Shown: piece by piece, positions 28,377 to 37,856 of the stretch
How positions within the stretch are numbered: the stretch's first letter is position 1
Layout of the letters: every line of letters begins with the position of its first letter
Assembly: GCA_045590735.1 (NCBI GenBank)
Contig: JAZNRQ010000086.1
Coordinates: forward strand, 1 to 52,240
DNA from: Faecousia sp.
GTDB taxonomy: Bacteria; Bacillota; Clostridia; Oscillospirales; Oscillospiraceae
DNA length: 52,240 nt
Direction of reading: 5' to 3'
Translations under genes and position numbers: made by a program
Notes under the pieces: model-generated
What the model was told of the DNA's origin: nothing
Database searches by the model: none
The model's input: only the letters and a program-made list of their open reading frames with translations

Positions 28377-28401
28377 ATTCCATTCGCTCCTCATACGTAA
28401 T

Positions 28402-28476
28402 TTAATTTCTTTTCAAAGAAATCCACACCTTTTCCTCAAAAGAAGACATTGACGATCGGGTCACATTAATTGGCAT
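28402..28476 (-). pseudogene. N-terminal remnant of a second VioA-like aminotransferase (MPINVTRSSMSSFEE...)
   Basis: GAGGTGAT RBS; the first 15 codons match the start of 26517-27614 (INVTRSSMPGFEE), then diverge and stop at codon 25. Confidence 0.75.
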
Positions 28477-28539
28477 ATATATCACCTCATAATTATCTGT
28501 CCGCTATTCCGTTAGCAAACACAATTTCACAGACGGGGT

Positions 28540-28824
28540 TTACCCCTCTTTCTTACCCTGTTTCTTGCCAACAGATTTTACAGACAAGCCTTTCTCGCCG
28601 GAAACATAAAGTCCAACAAGACCGATCAGAACGGAGACAGATGCACCTAAAATAACCCACTTATAATAGTCGTTGTACAAAAACTCTGCGATCGTTCGTC
28701 CGGTCTCACCACCAATGAGCAACGCAATGCCATATGGAATGATTGGCAAAATACCGGCAAAGAACGAAACCGTCATTAAAATGCCATAAATTTTTTGGAT
28801 AACATTGTAAATTTTCTGTCGCAT
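28540..28824 (-). CDS. Small two-TM membrane protein, possible TRAP small-subunit analogue
   Basis: AGGAGG RBS; two hydrophobic segments; immediately follows the DctM-like gene. Confidence 0.7.
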   Translation of the reverse strand: MRQKIYNVIQKIYGILMTVSFFAGILPIIPYGIALLIGGETGRTIAEFLYNDYYKWVILGASVSVLIGLVGLYVSGEKGLSVKSVGKKQGKKEG

Positions 28825-28839
28825 ATTGGTACCTCCTTA

Positions 28840-30201
28840 TCAAACCAGACCCCAAAGGGGCAACCAACCCATCAGCATAACAACGGAGAGCACATAATGG
28901 ATAAGGATCCATATCATGTTGTTTTTCAGGGTAGGCTTCAGCTCTGCGTCTGCAATACCCATGGCAATATACACGCAAGTGCAGTAGGGCGGTGTAACGC
29001 CGTGCATTGCGCCGCAAATGCATGGCAGCATAGCAGCAGCGATCAAGGGATTACCGCCAGCAGCAGCAAGAATGGAGATGATCACACCACCAAAAATCTT
29101 GACCTGCGTAGATCCGGGGATCAGACAGCCGAGAACTGCAGTAAACAGTGGCAGGATCAGCACCAACGCCAGCAGGGGCATATTCAGCTTGCCAATCAGT
29201 TCTCCCAACGCCACTTCCAGCTTGATGTCCACAAACACGTTACTCAGACAGTAAGCAAACAACACCAGCGCAGAGGTAGGCACCAAGCTCTTCATACCCT
29301 TTTGAATGTAGCCGTGCATAGCAGGCATAGTCATCTTTTTCCGGGATTCCTTATCCGAAAGGAAGATGGCGGCAACCACGATAAGAGAAGGCAAAAACAG
29401 CAAGATACTGTTGGAAAATGCCTTGCTGCCGGCTTCGCCTAAACGAGCAGCGAAAAATTCTTCAAACTGGTTTGTCAACAAGAAAGGCAGAAAAACAATG
29501 ACAGGTAGGAAAATTGCCCGCCAACCACGCTTGACAGTCTGCCAAAAGTCAGGGAGATCTTCCTTCTCCATAGGCTTGACCTTATAGTGGCGGCACATCA
29601 GCATCATAGTGATGATTCGTTGCAGAACAAACCAAAGGGCAATACACCAAAGGACCGTCCAGAACTGGGAAATGGTATAGGTGTCGGGATACAGGGTATC
29701 CAGCGCCGCAAAGGCAATGGCGATCATACCTGCCGGAGGGATCATATTGCCCATGGTGCTGGAATGCGCCTCTACATTGGCTGCCAGATGGGGTGGAAAT
29801 CCGCCCTTGATCATTGCAGGAATGGTAAATACACCGGTAGTTGCCACGTTGCCCGGGCCGGAACCTGAAAGGCTACCCATATAGGCACTGCCAATAATGG
29901 CGACAAAACCTGCACCACCGGGAAGTCGTCCAAAGAACGATATGATCACAGCAATGCAGTCATCAATAACCTTGGTTTTGGACAACAGCGATGCAGATAT
30001 AACAAAAACAATAATAACATACAAAGTAGGTTCTGTGATCGCATCCCAAATGTACTGCCAGATACGGTCATAATTTCCGGTGACCAGCACCAACACAAGG
30101 AAAGCGGCGAGCATACATTCATAAAGGGGCCGCTTCAGTACTGTGAAGCCTACGATGGCGATCACAAATACCAGTATCAGATAAACAAATTCAATTGGCA
30201 T
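28840..30201 (-). CDS. dctM: TRAP transporter large permease (DctM-like)
   Basis: GSLSGSGPGNVATTG.FTIPAM..GF...AA...MGNMIPP and VTPP motifs; many TM segments. Confidence 0.8.
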   Translation of the reverse strand: MPIEFVYLILVFVIAIVGFTVLKRPLYECMLAAFLVLVLVTGNYDRIWQYIWDAITEPTLYVIIVFVISASLLSKTKVIDDCIAVIISFFGRLPGGAGFVAIIGSAYMGSLSGSGPGNVATTGVFTIPAMIKGGFPPHLAANVEAHSSTMGNMIPPAGMIAIAFAALDTLYPDTYTISQFWTVLWCIALWFVLQRIITMMLMCRHYKVKPMEKEDLPDFWQTVKRGWRAIFLPVIVFLPFLLTNQFEEFFAARLGEAGSKAFSNSILLFLPSLIVVAAIFLSDKESRKKMTMPAMHGYIQKGMKSLVPTSALVLFAYCLSNVFVDIKLEVALGELIGKLNMPLLALVLILPLFTAVLGCLIPGSTQVKIFGGVIISILAAAGGNPLIAAAMLPCICGAMHGVTPPYCTCVYIAMGIADAELKPTLKNNMIWILIHYVLSVVMLMGWLPLWGLV

Positions 30202-30213
30202 GCTACATTCTCC

Positions 30214-31518
30214 TTATTGAAATACTCTGTCCAAAAGCAGATCCGGATCAAAACTGGAAACGATCATATTTTCACCGGCTGCATCTGTAATTTTCAATGT
30301 ATCATAGATCCAGCGGACAGTTTGCGCCGCCGCAGCATCATTTTTGCAAACCAGATCGATCTCACAAAAACGCTGATTTACATTGTGGGTCGGCTTTATC
30401 TCGCTCCCAAGGGTATATTTGGGGAATACGCCCACAACATCCGGATGCTTTCGAATCTCATCCAAGCCTTCAATGTTGGCGATCACACCGGGTCGCAATG
30501 TAGGAAGCACCTGAATAGCGATCTTTCCGCCCAGCCAGATATCTTTTTCATTCAAAGAAAGGGAATCCTCCGAAACCCTTCCGGTCAACGCAAATTCGAT
30601 CAACGGATAGAACGGATTCTTTCCGGTAGCCGCCTTAAACATCCGCTCATATTCCCCACCGGGGAACCGCAGACCGGGATCGTAAAATCTTACCGTATCT
30701 CCGTCTACAAAGCCCTGCATAAATACAGGGGCATTTACAAGACCCACATCTGCAATAAACCGTTCCACCTTTTTGTGGACATTTTCCATGTACAGCTTGG
30801 TAAATACCGACGGCATTGCGGCACCTATTGCCAGCTTATCCAACCCGTCTTCATATTTTCCCAAAATCCGATCCACCGTACGGAAGGGATACGCCTTGCC
30901 GTTCACGACAATGATCGTCATAGAAAAATCGTTGTTCTGCCCCATATACTTTTCGATAACGATCTGTCCGCTGGCGCTTTCGCTACGGGCAAATTCGATT
31001 GCAGCCAGTGCCTCTGCATAAGTATTGCAAATGCTCTGTCCCCGGGAGCCGCGACTGTCACAGGGCTTGATAAATACAGGAAATTCGACCTTTTCCCGGC
31101 AGGTAGCCTCGTTTTCAAAATCCTCCGATCTATATTCCGGGATCACATCCACACCATTTCTGCGACAGTATTTCTTAAACTCGTTTTTATCGGTAAGGAT
31201 CTGATACTGTTCCTTTGTTCCGAAGCATGGCAGCCCCAACTTTTCGCAGATCTGCTGATAGGGTCGCTGGCAGGCATCCAGGGATGTTGCAATCACACCG
31301 TCCACCTTTTCCTCCCGGCACATAGCAACAATTTCGTCGATATCGAAAATATTATGCATATAATGCTTGTCCGCCATTTGCTTGGCAGGTGCCTGCTCCT
31401 GAGGTAAATAATCGTCAACAATTACATAAACACCCAATTCGTGCGCAGCCTCTACCAGCTTGCAATGCTGATAAACTCCACCCAATACCACTAGTTTTTT
31501 ACCCTGTAAATTCTGCAT
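30214..31518 (-). CDS. ATP-grasp domain protein (carboxylate-amine ligase)
   Basis: DKNEFK, FPVFIKPCDSRGSRGQ, IEKY and DPGLRFPG motifs. Confidence 0.88.
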   Translation of the reverse strand: MQNLQGKKLVVLGGVYQHCKLVEAAHELGVYVIVDDYLPQEQAPAKQMADKHYMHNIFDIDEIVAMCREEKVDGVIATSLDACQRPYQQICEKLGLPCFGTKEQYQILTDKNEFKKYCRRNGVDVIPEYRSEDFENEATCREKVEFPVFIKPCDSRGSRGQSICNTYAEALAAIEFARSESASGQIVIEKYMGQNNDFSMTIIVVNGKAYPFRTVDRILGKYEDGLDKLAIGAAMPSVFTKLYMENVHKKVERFIADVGLVNAPVFMQGFVDGDTVRFYDPGLRFPGGEYERMFKAATGKNPFYPLIEFALTGRVSEDSLSLNEKDIWLGGKIAIQVLPTLRPGVIANIEGLDEIRKHPDVVGVFPKYTLGSEIKPTHNVNQRFCEIDLVCKNDAAAAQTVRWIYDTLKITDAAGENMIVSSFDPDLLLDRVFQ

Positions 31519-31543
31519 ATCGTTCACCTTTTATTAAATCGTT

Positions 31544-31603
31544 TCAATTCTTCTGTCGTATTTCTTTTTGCGGAAAACCTCCCGCCAGAACCAATACCTT
31601 CAT
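31544..31603 (-). pseudogene. N-terminal remnant of another ATP-grasp gene (MKVLVLAGGFPQ...)
   Basis: AAGAGG RBS; 19-aa peptide whose start resembles the in-window paralogs (MKKILVVGGGDYQ, LKRILVIGAGFLQ). Confidence 0.6.
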
Positions 31604-31685
31604 AGAAAACCTCTTTCGTTAGTTACTTGATCCTTTGTGCCTCACCTGTTTGAGATAGCACAAAAACATACTTTTCGGTAGATGT

Positions 31686-33146
31686 TTATCTTTCTTTTTT
31701 TCCTGTTTTTCTTCTTAAAAATGTGTTTATCATACCCAAAAGATACTTAAAACTATCAAAGCGGAACATCCAAGACCCCAATACATACAAGCCGATTCCC
31801 AACGGAATCTGAATGAGTAATGTAATTCCACTACTTAAATTCAGATGCATTACGCCATAAGTCAACAAGCCCATGGTTGCAGCCAAAAGCACAGGTGGCA
31901 AAACATCCGCAATTTGATCTCTGAAGCGATATCCAAGATGCTTGCGGTAGAAAAATGCATTTATCACAAGACAGATACACGATGCAATAATCGAGCTGGT
32001 AATCATCAGTTCCACGCTATACCAAAATGTTGCCAGCAAGCAGATAACAGTAACCGACTTACCAATAATATTCATAATCAGCGCTGTGCCGCTTTTTCCC
32101 CGTGCATTTAACGCATTTCTCTGTGCCGATAACGGCCAAAACATACAAATAATCGCTACCAAACGGACGTAAACGATACTGCCTTCCCACTTATCTGTCA
32201 GCAGCAAGCGTATCATAGGATCCGCCACCGCGCACATTCCTGCCATCAAAGGTGCACAGATGTACAAGCTTATTTTCATCGCCCTGCGCAACACTTTCAG
32301 ACCAGTATCCCAATCTGATTGATATTTAGATAGCGACGAAAACAATACAGCATTGATCGTTCCGTCCACTTGATTCATAATCAAAGTCGGATACTGATAA
32401 CCTTTATTATAGAAAGCCAAATCCGCACCGGAATATCGAACACCAATAATAAGAGATCTAATATTATTAAATATTGAATTTAAGAGACCTCCTGCCAGCA
32501 TTTTGGTGCTAAATCCAAACATAGATTTAAATGAACTTATAGAAAACACCAGTCTAGGCTTCCATTTTACAACGCACCACATTAACACAGAATGTACAAA
32601 CTGCTGAATAATGGCAGAAAAAACCAAAGTCCACGGACCAAATCCTTTAAGTGCAAATATAATTCCTGATGCGCCCTGCGCAATAACACAAGCTATACTG
32701 ATCAAGAAATTTTTCCGGTATTGCAGCTCACGAGAAATTAGCGCCTGCTGCACCGAATAGGATGCGCCCAACACAACGATTAAACTTTCTACCCTAAGCA
32801 TACCAATCAGCACAGGTGTTTGATACAGTTCTGCAATCCACGGAGCTGCAAAAAACAAAATTGCATACAACACCAGAGCCAGGCCCATACCAGAATAGAA
32901 CATCGTACTAATATCTGTATCGGTAAGGTCCTTTTTTTGAATAATTGCTGACGAAAAACCCGTGGTAATAAACACCATTGCAATATTCGTAAACACTGTA
33001 ATCATGGCAACCGTACCATAATCATCCGGGCTTAATATCCGCGCCAAAATAATGGATAGCACCAACGACATAAATTGTGTGCTGATTCTCTGGCAAAAAC
33101 TCCACAACGTTCCGGAAATCACCCGGCTTTTCAATGATCTCTCCAT
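31686..33146 (-). CDS. wzx: Wzx flippase (WzxC-like)
   Basis: LARILSPDDYG, AIIQKK, GFGPWTLV and LLTDKW motifs; many TM segments. Confidence 0.92.
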   Translation of the reverse strand: MERSLKSRVISGTLWSFCQRISTQFMSLVLSIILARILSPDDYGTVAMITVFTNIAMVFITTGFSSAIIQKKDLTDTDISTMFYSGMGLALVLYAILFFAAPWIAELYQTPVLIGMLRVESLIVVLGASYSVQQALISRELQYRKNFLISIACVIAQGASGIIFALKGFGPWTLVFSAIIQQFVHSVLMWCVVKWKPRLVFSISSFKSMFGFSTKMLAGGLLNSIFNNIRSLIIGVRYSGADLAFYNKGYQYPTLIMNQVDGTINAVLFSSLSKYQSDWDTGLKVLRRAMKISLYICAPLMAGMCAVADPMIRLLLTDKWEGSIVYVRLVAIICMFWPLSAQRNALNARGKSGTALIMNIIGKSVTVICLLATFWYSVELMITSSIIASCICLVINAFFYRKHLGYRFRDQIADVLPPVLLAATMGLLTYGVMHLNLSSGITLLIQIPLGIGLYVLGSWMFRFDSFKYLLGMINTFLRRKTGKKER

Positions 33147-33148
33147 GC

Positions 33149-34150
33149 TTACCGTTCCTCTTTTACTTCAGGACAAATCTTATTCTTGATTGCCTTTATC
33201 GCTTTACCTGATAAAACCAAATTAATAAAGTTTCTAACTCTTTTAAAGAAATAGATTATCGGTGGCACTTTCGTATGGTGCAGCAGTTTATCATATTCTC
33301 TACCATAATACTTATCATCTACTACATACTTAGGATGCTTAATAGGAAACTCTATCTCATAGGTTTGCGCCCCAAAATATTTTGGGGTTTTGCTCTTGTC
33401 CTTAAAGTCAAAATGTGCGCCTTGATAACCTATATTGCTAATCATATTACGTGTAGGCATAATGGACATTCTATGATACAACACACTATTAACCGCATGG
33501 TAATATTCGCCGCCCGGGATATGATTATCCACCAACTCTCCGTTGCAATAACCTTCCACTTTTTTATACCAGAACTCATTCAGATTATCCTTTAGACAGC
33601 GTTTAATATATGCATTATCCGCATAATCCAACGGATACTCCCTTTGAATAGCCGTTCTTTTCCAAAATGCAGTACCCCAAATAGACCATCCGTTTTCCGT
33701 AAAATAATAATCATACGGAGCAGCATCATTATAGGTCGTATGAGGATTATGTCCGCAAATCATTTCAATCCGCTCATCATCTTTATACCGTTCCAGCAAT
33801 TCTGCACAGTACCTAAAAAAGGATACCGCAGGAATCTGATCATCCTCCAGAAAGATACACCGGTCTACAGTCCCCCAAATAAGTTCTGCGCCCTTTCTGC
33901 TCATTGTATAAAGGCCGTTATTGTAATTCTCGAAAAGTTTATAAATCGTACAGTCCCAATCAATCTCTTCTTCGTAAATCTTTCGGTTAGCATAAATTGC
34001 TTCCCACTCTTTTTCATTTCGACCACCATCGGAGATCAAAAACAAAATACTGGGACGCGCTTGCTTCAGTACCTCAAACTGCGCCCTTTGTGCTTCCGGT
34101 CGAATCCAGATGTTAATCCGCACTGGTACATCTACCAAAAATTCCTTCAT
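33149..34150 (-). CDS. GT-A fold glycosyltransferase-like protein (HlpA-like)
   Basis: ISDGGR, IFLEDD, IWGTAFW and P.RNMISNIG motifs. Confidence 0.75.
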   Translation of the reverse strand: MKEFLVDVPVRINIWIRPEAQRAQFEVLKQARPSILFLISDGGRNEKEWEAIYANRKIYEEEIDWDCTIYKLFENYNNGLYTMSRKGAELIWGTVDRCIFLEDDQIPAVSFFRYCAELLERYKDDERIEMICGHNPHTTYNDAAPYDYYFTENGWSIWGTAFWKRTAIQREYPLDYADNAYIKRCLKDNLNEFWYKKVEGYCNGELVDNHIPGGEYYHAVNSVLYHRMSIMPTRNMISNIGYQGAHFDFKDKSKTPKYFGAQTYEIEFPIKHPKYVVDDKYYGREYDKLLHHTKVPPIIYFFKRVRNFINLVLSGKAIKAIKNKICPEVKEER

Positions 34151-35442
34151 AGCAACCGATGTATTCCTTTCCTTTGGTATTCATTCCTTGTGACAACATT
34201 AAAAATCTCGCTCATCCGCTCATAGTCTCCCTTTTCCTTAATCTGTCGCATTGCACCGAAAGCATTATGTGAAAGCTTTTCTCGCAGCTGCTTGTCCTCA
34301 AACAGGCGGCAGATATTCTGTGCCAGGACTTCGTAATCCTCATAGCGGTACAGAAGACAATTTTCCTCGTTGGTCGCATACTCGGGAACACCGCCCACAT
34401 AGGAAGCCACACAAGGCGCACCCACAGTCATCGCTTCTTTCAATGTGCTGGAATGGTTTTCAATAGCAGAGGTCATCGCAAAGCAGTTGACCGTTGCCAT
34501 CTTTTGTGCCATTTCATCGGCAGTCAATCTGCCGGTATAGATCATATTCTCCTGCAGATCCAGCTCCCGGATCATGGAACTGATCAGCCGTTCGTAGCCC
34601 GTCTGCTTCAGCTTCGCCTTCAGGTTATCGGTTTTCCGCAGCGGTGAGCCGGGAATGTACAGCTTTACATCCGGATATTGCTTCTTTACGATTGCCAGAG
34701 CCTTCATCAGCATATGCAGACCCTTAATGGGGTAATCTGCTGCCGGGCACATAATGGTATGGGGCTGCATTTTCTGCTCACTCCACTGATAATTCCGGAA
34801 GCTTTCTGAAATACTGATAGGCATAAAATGCAATTTGATTTCCGGATACAGCTTTCGCATATAGGCTGCTGCCCACTGATTCTCAATAATTGCGTGGCCT
34901 GCACGGCGAATGATTCCTTTTTCATAAACCGCACGGGCAGCAAAGCCTTTCTGGGTCTGCCGTATGGTGCTTTTGGTCAGTACATCCCGCAAAGTCACCG
35001 CTTTTTTCAGCTCCTGCTCGGTCAAACCGGACAGGTAATACTTGCCGATGCTGTCCAAAATGCCCTGCACATAAATGATTGCAGGCAGTTGGGGGGCTGC
35101 GGCCATTGCCGCCAGGGAATAAGGAAATTCCGTGCCCCAAATCACCATCACATCCGGCTGTTCCTTATCTATGATCTGCTTCCAGCCGGCGATACTTTTT
35201 TGACTTTTGTAATCATACTTTGCGTTTGGCAGACCGGTCAGGGTATAGTAGGTAACATTTCCTTCCTGATAGGATTCCAATGCCGGTGTTTCCTCTACAT
35301 TTACCACCACAATATGGTCGTCAGAAAACTGCGCTGCTTCTTCCAGCATCGCATCCAGCCATTGTCCGCCGGTTGCCTTCTTGCCGTGGAGCTTCCGGTG
35401 TAATCCACCGCAGCATTTATTCACGATCCAAAGAGACTTCAT
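34147..35442 (-). CDS. Glycosyltransferase family 4
   Basis: WGTE, KGLH, SAIENHSSTLKEAM and VGGVPE motifs. Confidence 0.88.
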   Translation of the reverse strand: MKSLWIVNKCCGGLHRKLHGKKATGGQWLDAMLEEAAQFSDDHIVVVNVEETPALESYQEGNVTYYTLTGLPNAKYDYKSQKSIAGWKQIIDKEQPDVMVIWGTEFPYSLAAMAAAPQLPAIIYVQGILDSIGKYYLSGLTEQELKKAVTLRDVLTKSTIRQTQKGFAARAVYEKGIIRRAGHAIIENQWAAAYMRKLYPEIKLHFMPISISESFRNYQWSEQKMQPHTIMCPAADYPIKGLHMLMKALAIVKKQYPDVKLYIPGSPLRKTDNLKAKLKQTGYERLISSMIRELDLQENMIYTGRLTADEMAQKMATVNCFAMTSAIENHSSTLKEAMTVGAPCVASYVGGVPEYATNEENCLLYRYEDYEVLAQNICRLFEDKQLREKLSHNAFGAMRQIKEKGDYERMSEIFNVVTRNEYQRKGIHRLL

Positions 35443-36670
35443 AATTTTCACTTCCATTCAGTGATTTAAAAGCTGTTGTAAACAGGGGCAGTATACAAAT
35501 ATATATAAATTGATAATTCTTAGGATTCATAACCATCAAGATACCGCCTAAAATACATATCCACAAAAGATAGGGAAAAAACGGTTCCTTCCGGTACGGC
35601 TTCAGGCAAAGCTGATAGATCATCAGGAAGAAGACAGCCAAAGCCACTATTCCCAGTATACCGTAATTAGCCATTGTATCCAAGATAAACGTGTGTCCAC
35701 CTGTGGCCACTGTTCCCCACGCGCCCATACCGTATGTAGTCCAGAAAGTATCCCATGCTTTTTTATAAAATTCTATTCGTTGCGCGCCTGTGCCGTCTTC
35801 CAGCACCTCGTCTTCTCCCCGCAGTGTCTGCGCAATTGCTAAAAACCGCTCTGACAGGGTTTCACTTTTGATATTCCGGCTCACCAGCTCAAACAATTCG
35901 GCTACTAAGCCCGTAAACAGTATAACTACCACCAAAACAATCACCAGTAAGATGATCAACCGTTTTGTGGTCAGCTTGGGGATCACCAAAAGCAGCAGAC
36001 TTGCCGCAAACAGGATGACCGCCATACCGTATTCTGTACTAAAGATCGCGATAGCGGACAAAGCCAGCAAACCGTAGCCCAGAACCGGCTTTATAATCTT
36101 GCTGCGGGTCAGATACACCAGTAAAGGCGCGACTAATACCAACTCATAAACAAAAACAAAACTACCGATATTTGCCTTCGTATAAGTTCCGTACAGCATA
36201 TCGTCATTGGACATCGTCGCTAAAAATCTCGACGCCTGAGGGTATTTTTCGTTGCCGAAAATCGTGGTCACCGCAGTGATCATATACATAAGCATAATGA
36301 TCGTAAATGCTCTGCGGGCAGCGTTTTGACCTCCGGAAAAAATCACCCATAGCGTAATCATACCGTACAAGTAAATTTGCAGCTCACCATAAAAATACAG
36401 TGCCGCACCTGTAGGATTGCCCAATTTTAAAATCAGTCCCAGCAAACTGACCGAAAACATTCCTGCCATCATCCATGCCACCTTATACCGAAGCAGCGGA
36501 AGCAGCATTATGGCAGTCACGCCAAAAAGCCCCAAATACACAACACTGGGCATATAATAGCCAACCGCGGGCAGCAGCTTATGGGCGATATACAGTATGA
36601 TCAGCACCTGTCCTACACTAAAGCGGATCACGCCTTTTTGCTTTAGCTGAATCTCATCGCCGGAATACAT
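35417..36670 (-). CDS. wzy: Wzy polysaccharide polymerase / O-antigen ligase-like membrane protein
   Basis: Many TM segments, loop with R...GGH.FILD..ANYGILG; position within the operon. Confidence 0.75.
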   Translation of the reverse strand: MYSGDEIQLKQKGVIRFSVGQVLIILYIAHKLLPAVGYYMPSVVYLGLFGVTAIMLLPLLRYKVAWMMAGMFSVSLLGLILKLGNPTGAALYFYGELQIYLYGMITLWVIFSGGQNAARRAFTIIMLMYMITAVTTIFGNEKYPQASRFLATMSNDDMLYGTYTKANIGSFVFVYELVLVAPLLVYLTRSKIIKPVLGYGLLALSAIAIFSTEYGMAVILFAASLLLLVIPKLTTKRLIILLVIVLVVVILFTGLVAELFELVSRNIKSETLSERFLAIAQTLRGEDEVLEDGTGAQRIEFYKKAWDTFWTTYGMGAWGTVATGGHTFILDTMANYGILGIVALAVFFLMIYQLCLKPYRKEPFFPYLLWICILGGILMVMNPKNYQFIYICILPLFTTAFKSLNGSENYEVSLDRE

Positions 36671-36672
36671 AG

Positions 36673-37848
36673 CTACACCCCTTTCTCTATCATCTCCAGA
36701 ACCTTTTTCGCCTGAATGACATTATTTTTTTCTTTCAGTACAAATTCTTTGGCAGCCATACCATTACTGTGCAGTTGCTCCTTGCTATGGCTGAAGATTT
36801 CCTGCAAGGCAGCTGCTACACCCTCTGCCGTTTCCTCTTTCAGCAGGAAAACATACTCGTTATATTCCCTGGGCATTCCCGGCAGGCAGGTGGTCAGGAC
36901 CGGTGTGCCGGATGCCATATATTCCATATTTTTGGAAGGGAAAGAATATTTCGTATAATCTTCATTGGTGGGTCGCGGATTTACCAGCAATGTGGCCTTC
37001 AATTCCTCACGGACGATGGTCTCATTGGGTGCGATCCCCAAGTATTTCACATTTTCATATTGTTCAGAAAGCTTCTTCAGCTCCTCTGCATAATCACCGT
37101 TTCCGTAAACGTGCAGCTCCGTATTGGGAATACTTGCCTGAACAAAGCCTTCTACCAAGCTCTCGATACCGTAGACCCGACGCAGTGAACCGGCATACAG
37201 ACATACCCGGCTGGGGTATTTATCTTCCAGGCGGTTTTCTCTGCCTTCCATCGCAACATCTGCATGCCCCTCTAACACCACATAGGGTCGTTTTTTCGGG
37301 TTGACGATCTCATTCATCTGCTCTGTCAGCAGTAAATAGCTGTCAAACTTTTTCATAATGCGCAGATTGATTTTCTCGTGAAGCGGGATCTTCTGATTAT
37401 TGGGACGGTGACAGGGCACATCTGTTACAATTCCAACCGTTTTGATGCCCCGAAGCTTTGCTGCCATCAAAGCTGCCATCGCCGCAGCAATATTCAGTGC
37501 ATCGCACAGCAGCACAGTGTCCTTCTTTTTCTTTGTGAAAAAGATCTTGCAGAAAACACTTATCAAAACCGAAATGTTGCGCAGGACCGGAAGATTGAAA
37601 AAGGGCACATAGTAATAACGGATTCCCTTTTCTTCGTCCCACTCGCTCCGGAAAAATATTTGTGAGGTAACGCCCCGATTGATGGGTCTGCTGGATACCG
37701 CAAAGACATCCTCTCCGCAAGATACAAAGCCTTCCATCAGAAGCTGATTATACTTCTGCGCCTGCTGTTGTACCCGCTGACCGCGACTTTCTACATATTC
37801 CTGATACTTTTTCGGAGAACATCCGCTGTAAACGTAGATAATATGCAT
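36673..37848 (-). CDS. Glycosyltransferase family 4
   Basis: YAGSL, NPRP and SFPSKNMEYMASGTPV motifs. Confidence 0.9.
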   Translation of the reverse strand: MHIIYVYSGCSPKKYQEYVESRGQRVQQQAQKYNQLLMEGFVSCGEDVFAVSSRPINRGVTSQIFFRSEWDEEKGIRYYYVPFFNLPVLRNISVLISVFCKIFFTKKKKDTVLLCDALNIAAAMAALMAAKLRGIKTVGIVTDVPCHRPNNQKIPLHEKINLRIMKKFDSYLLLTEQMNEIVNPKKRPYVVLEGHADVAMEGRENRLEDKYPSRVCLYAGSLRRVYGIESLVEGFVQASIPNTELHVYGNGDYAEELKKLSEQYENVKYLGIAPNETIVREELKATLLVNPRPTNEDYTKYSFPSKNMEYMASGTPVLTTCLPGMPREYNEYVFLLKEETAEGVAAALQEIFSHSKEQLHSNGMAAKEFVLKEKNNVIQAKKVLEMIEKGV

Positions 37849-37856
37849 TGTGATCC

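Noticed and set aside
33149-34150. Hemolysin interpretation of the HlpA-like protein
   Set aside because: Motifs (EDD, GT-A pattern) and context point to a glycosyltransferase-like role.
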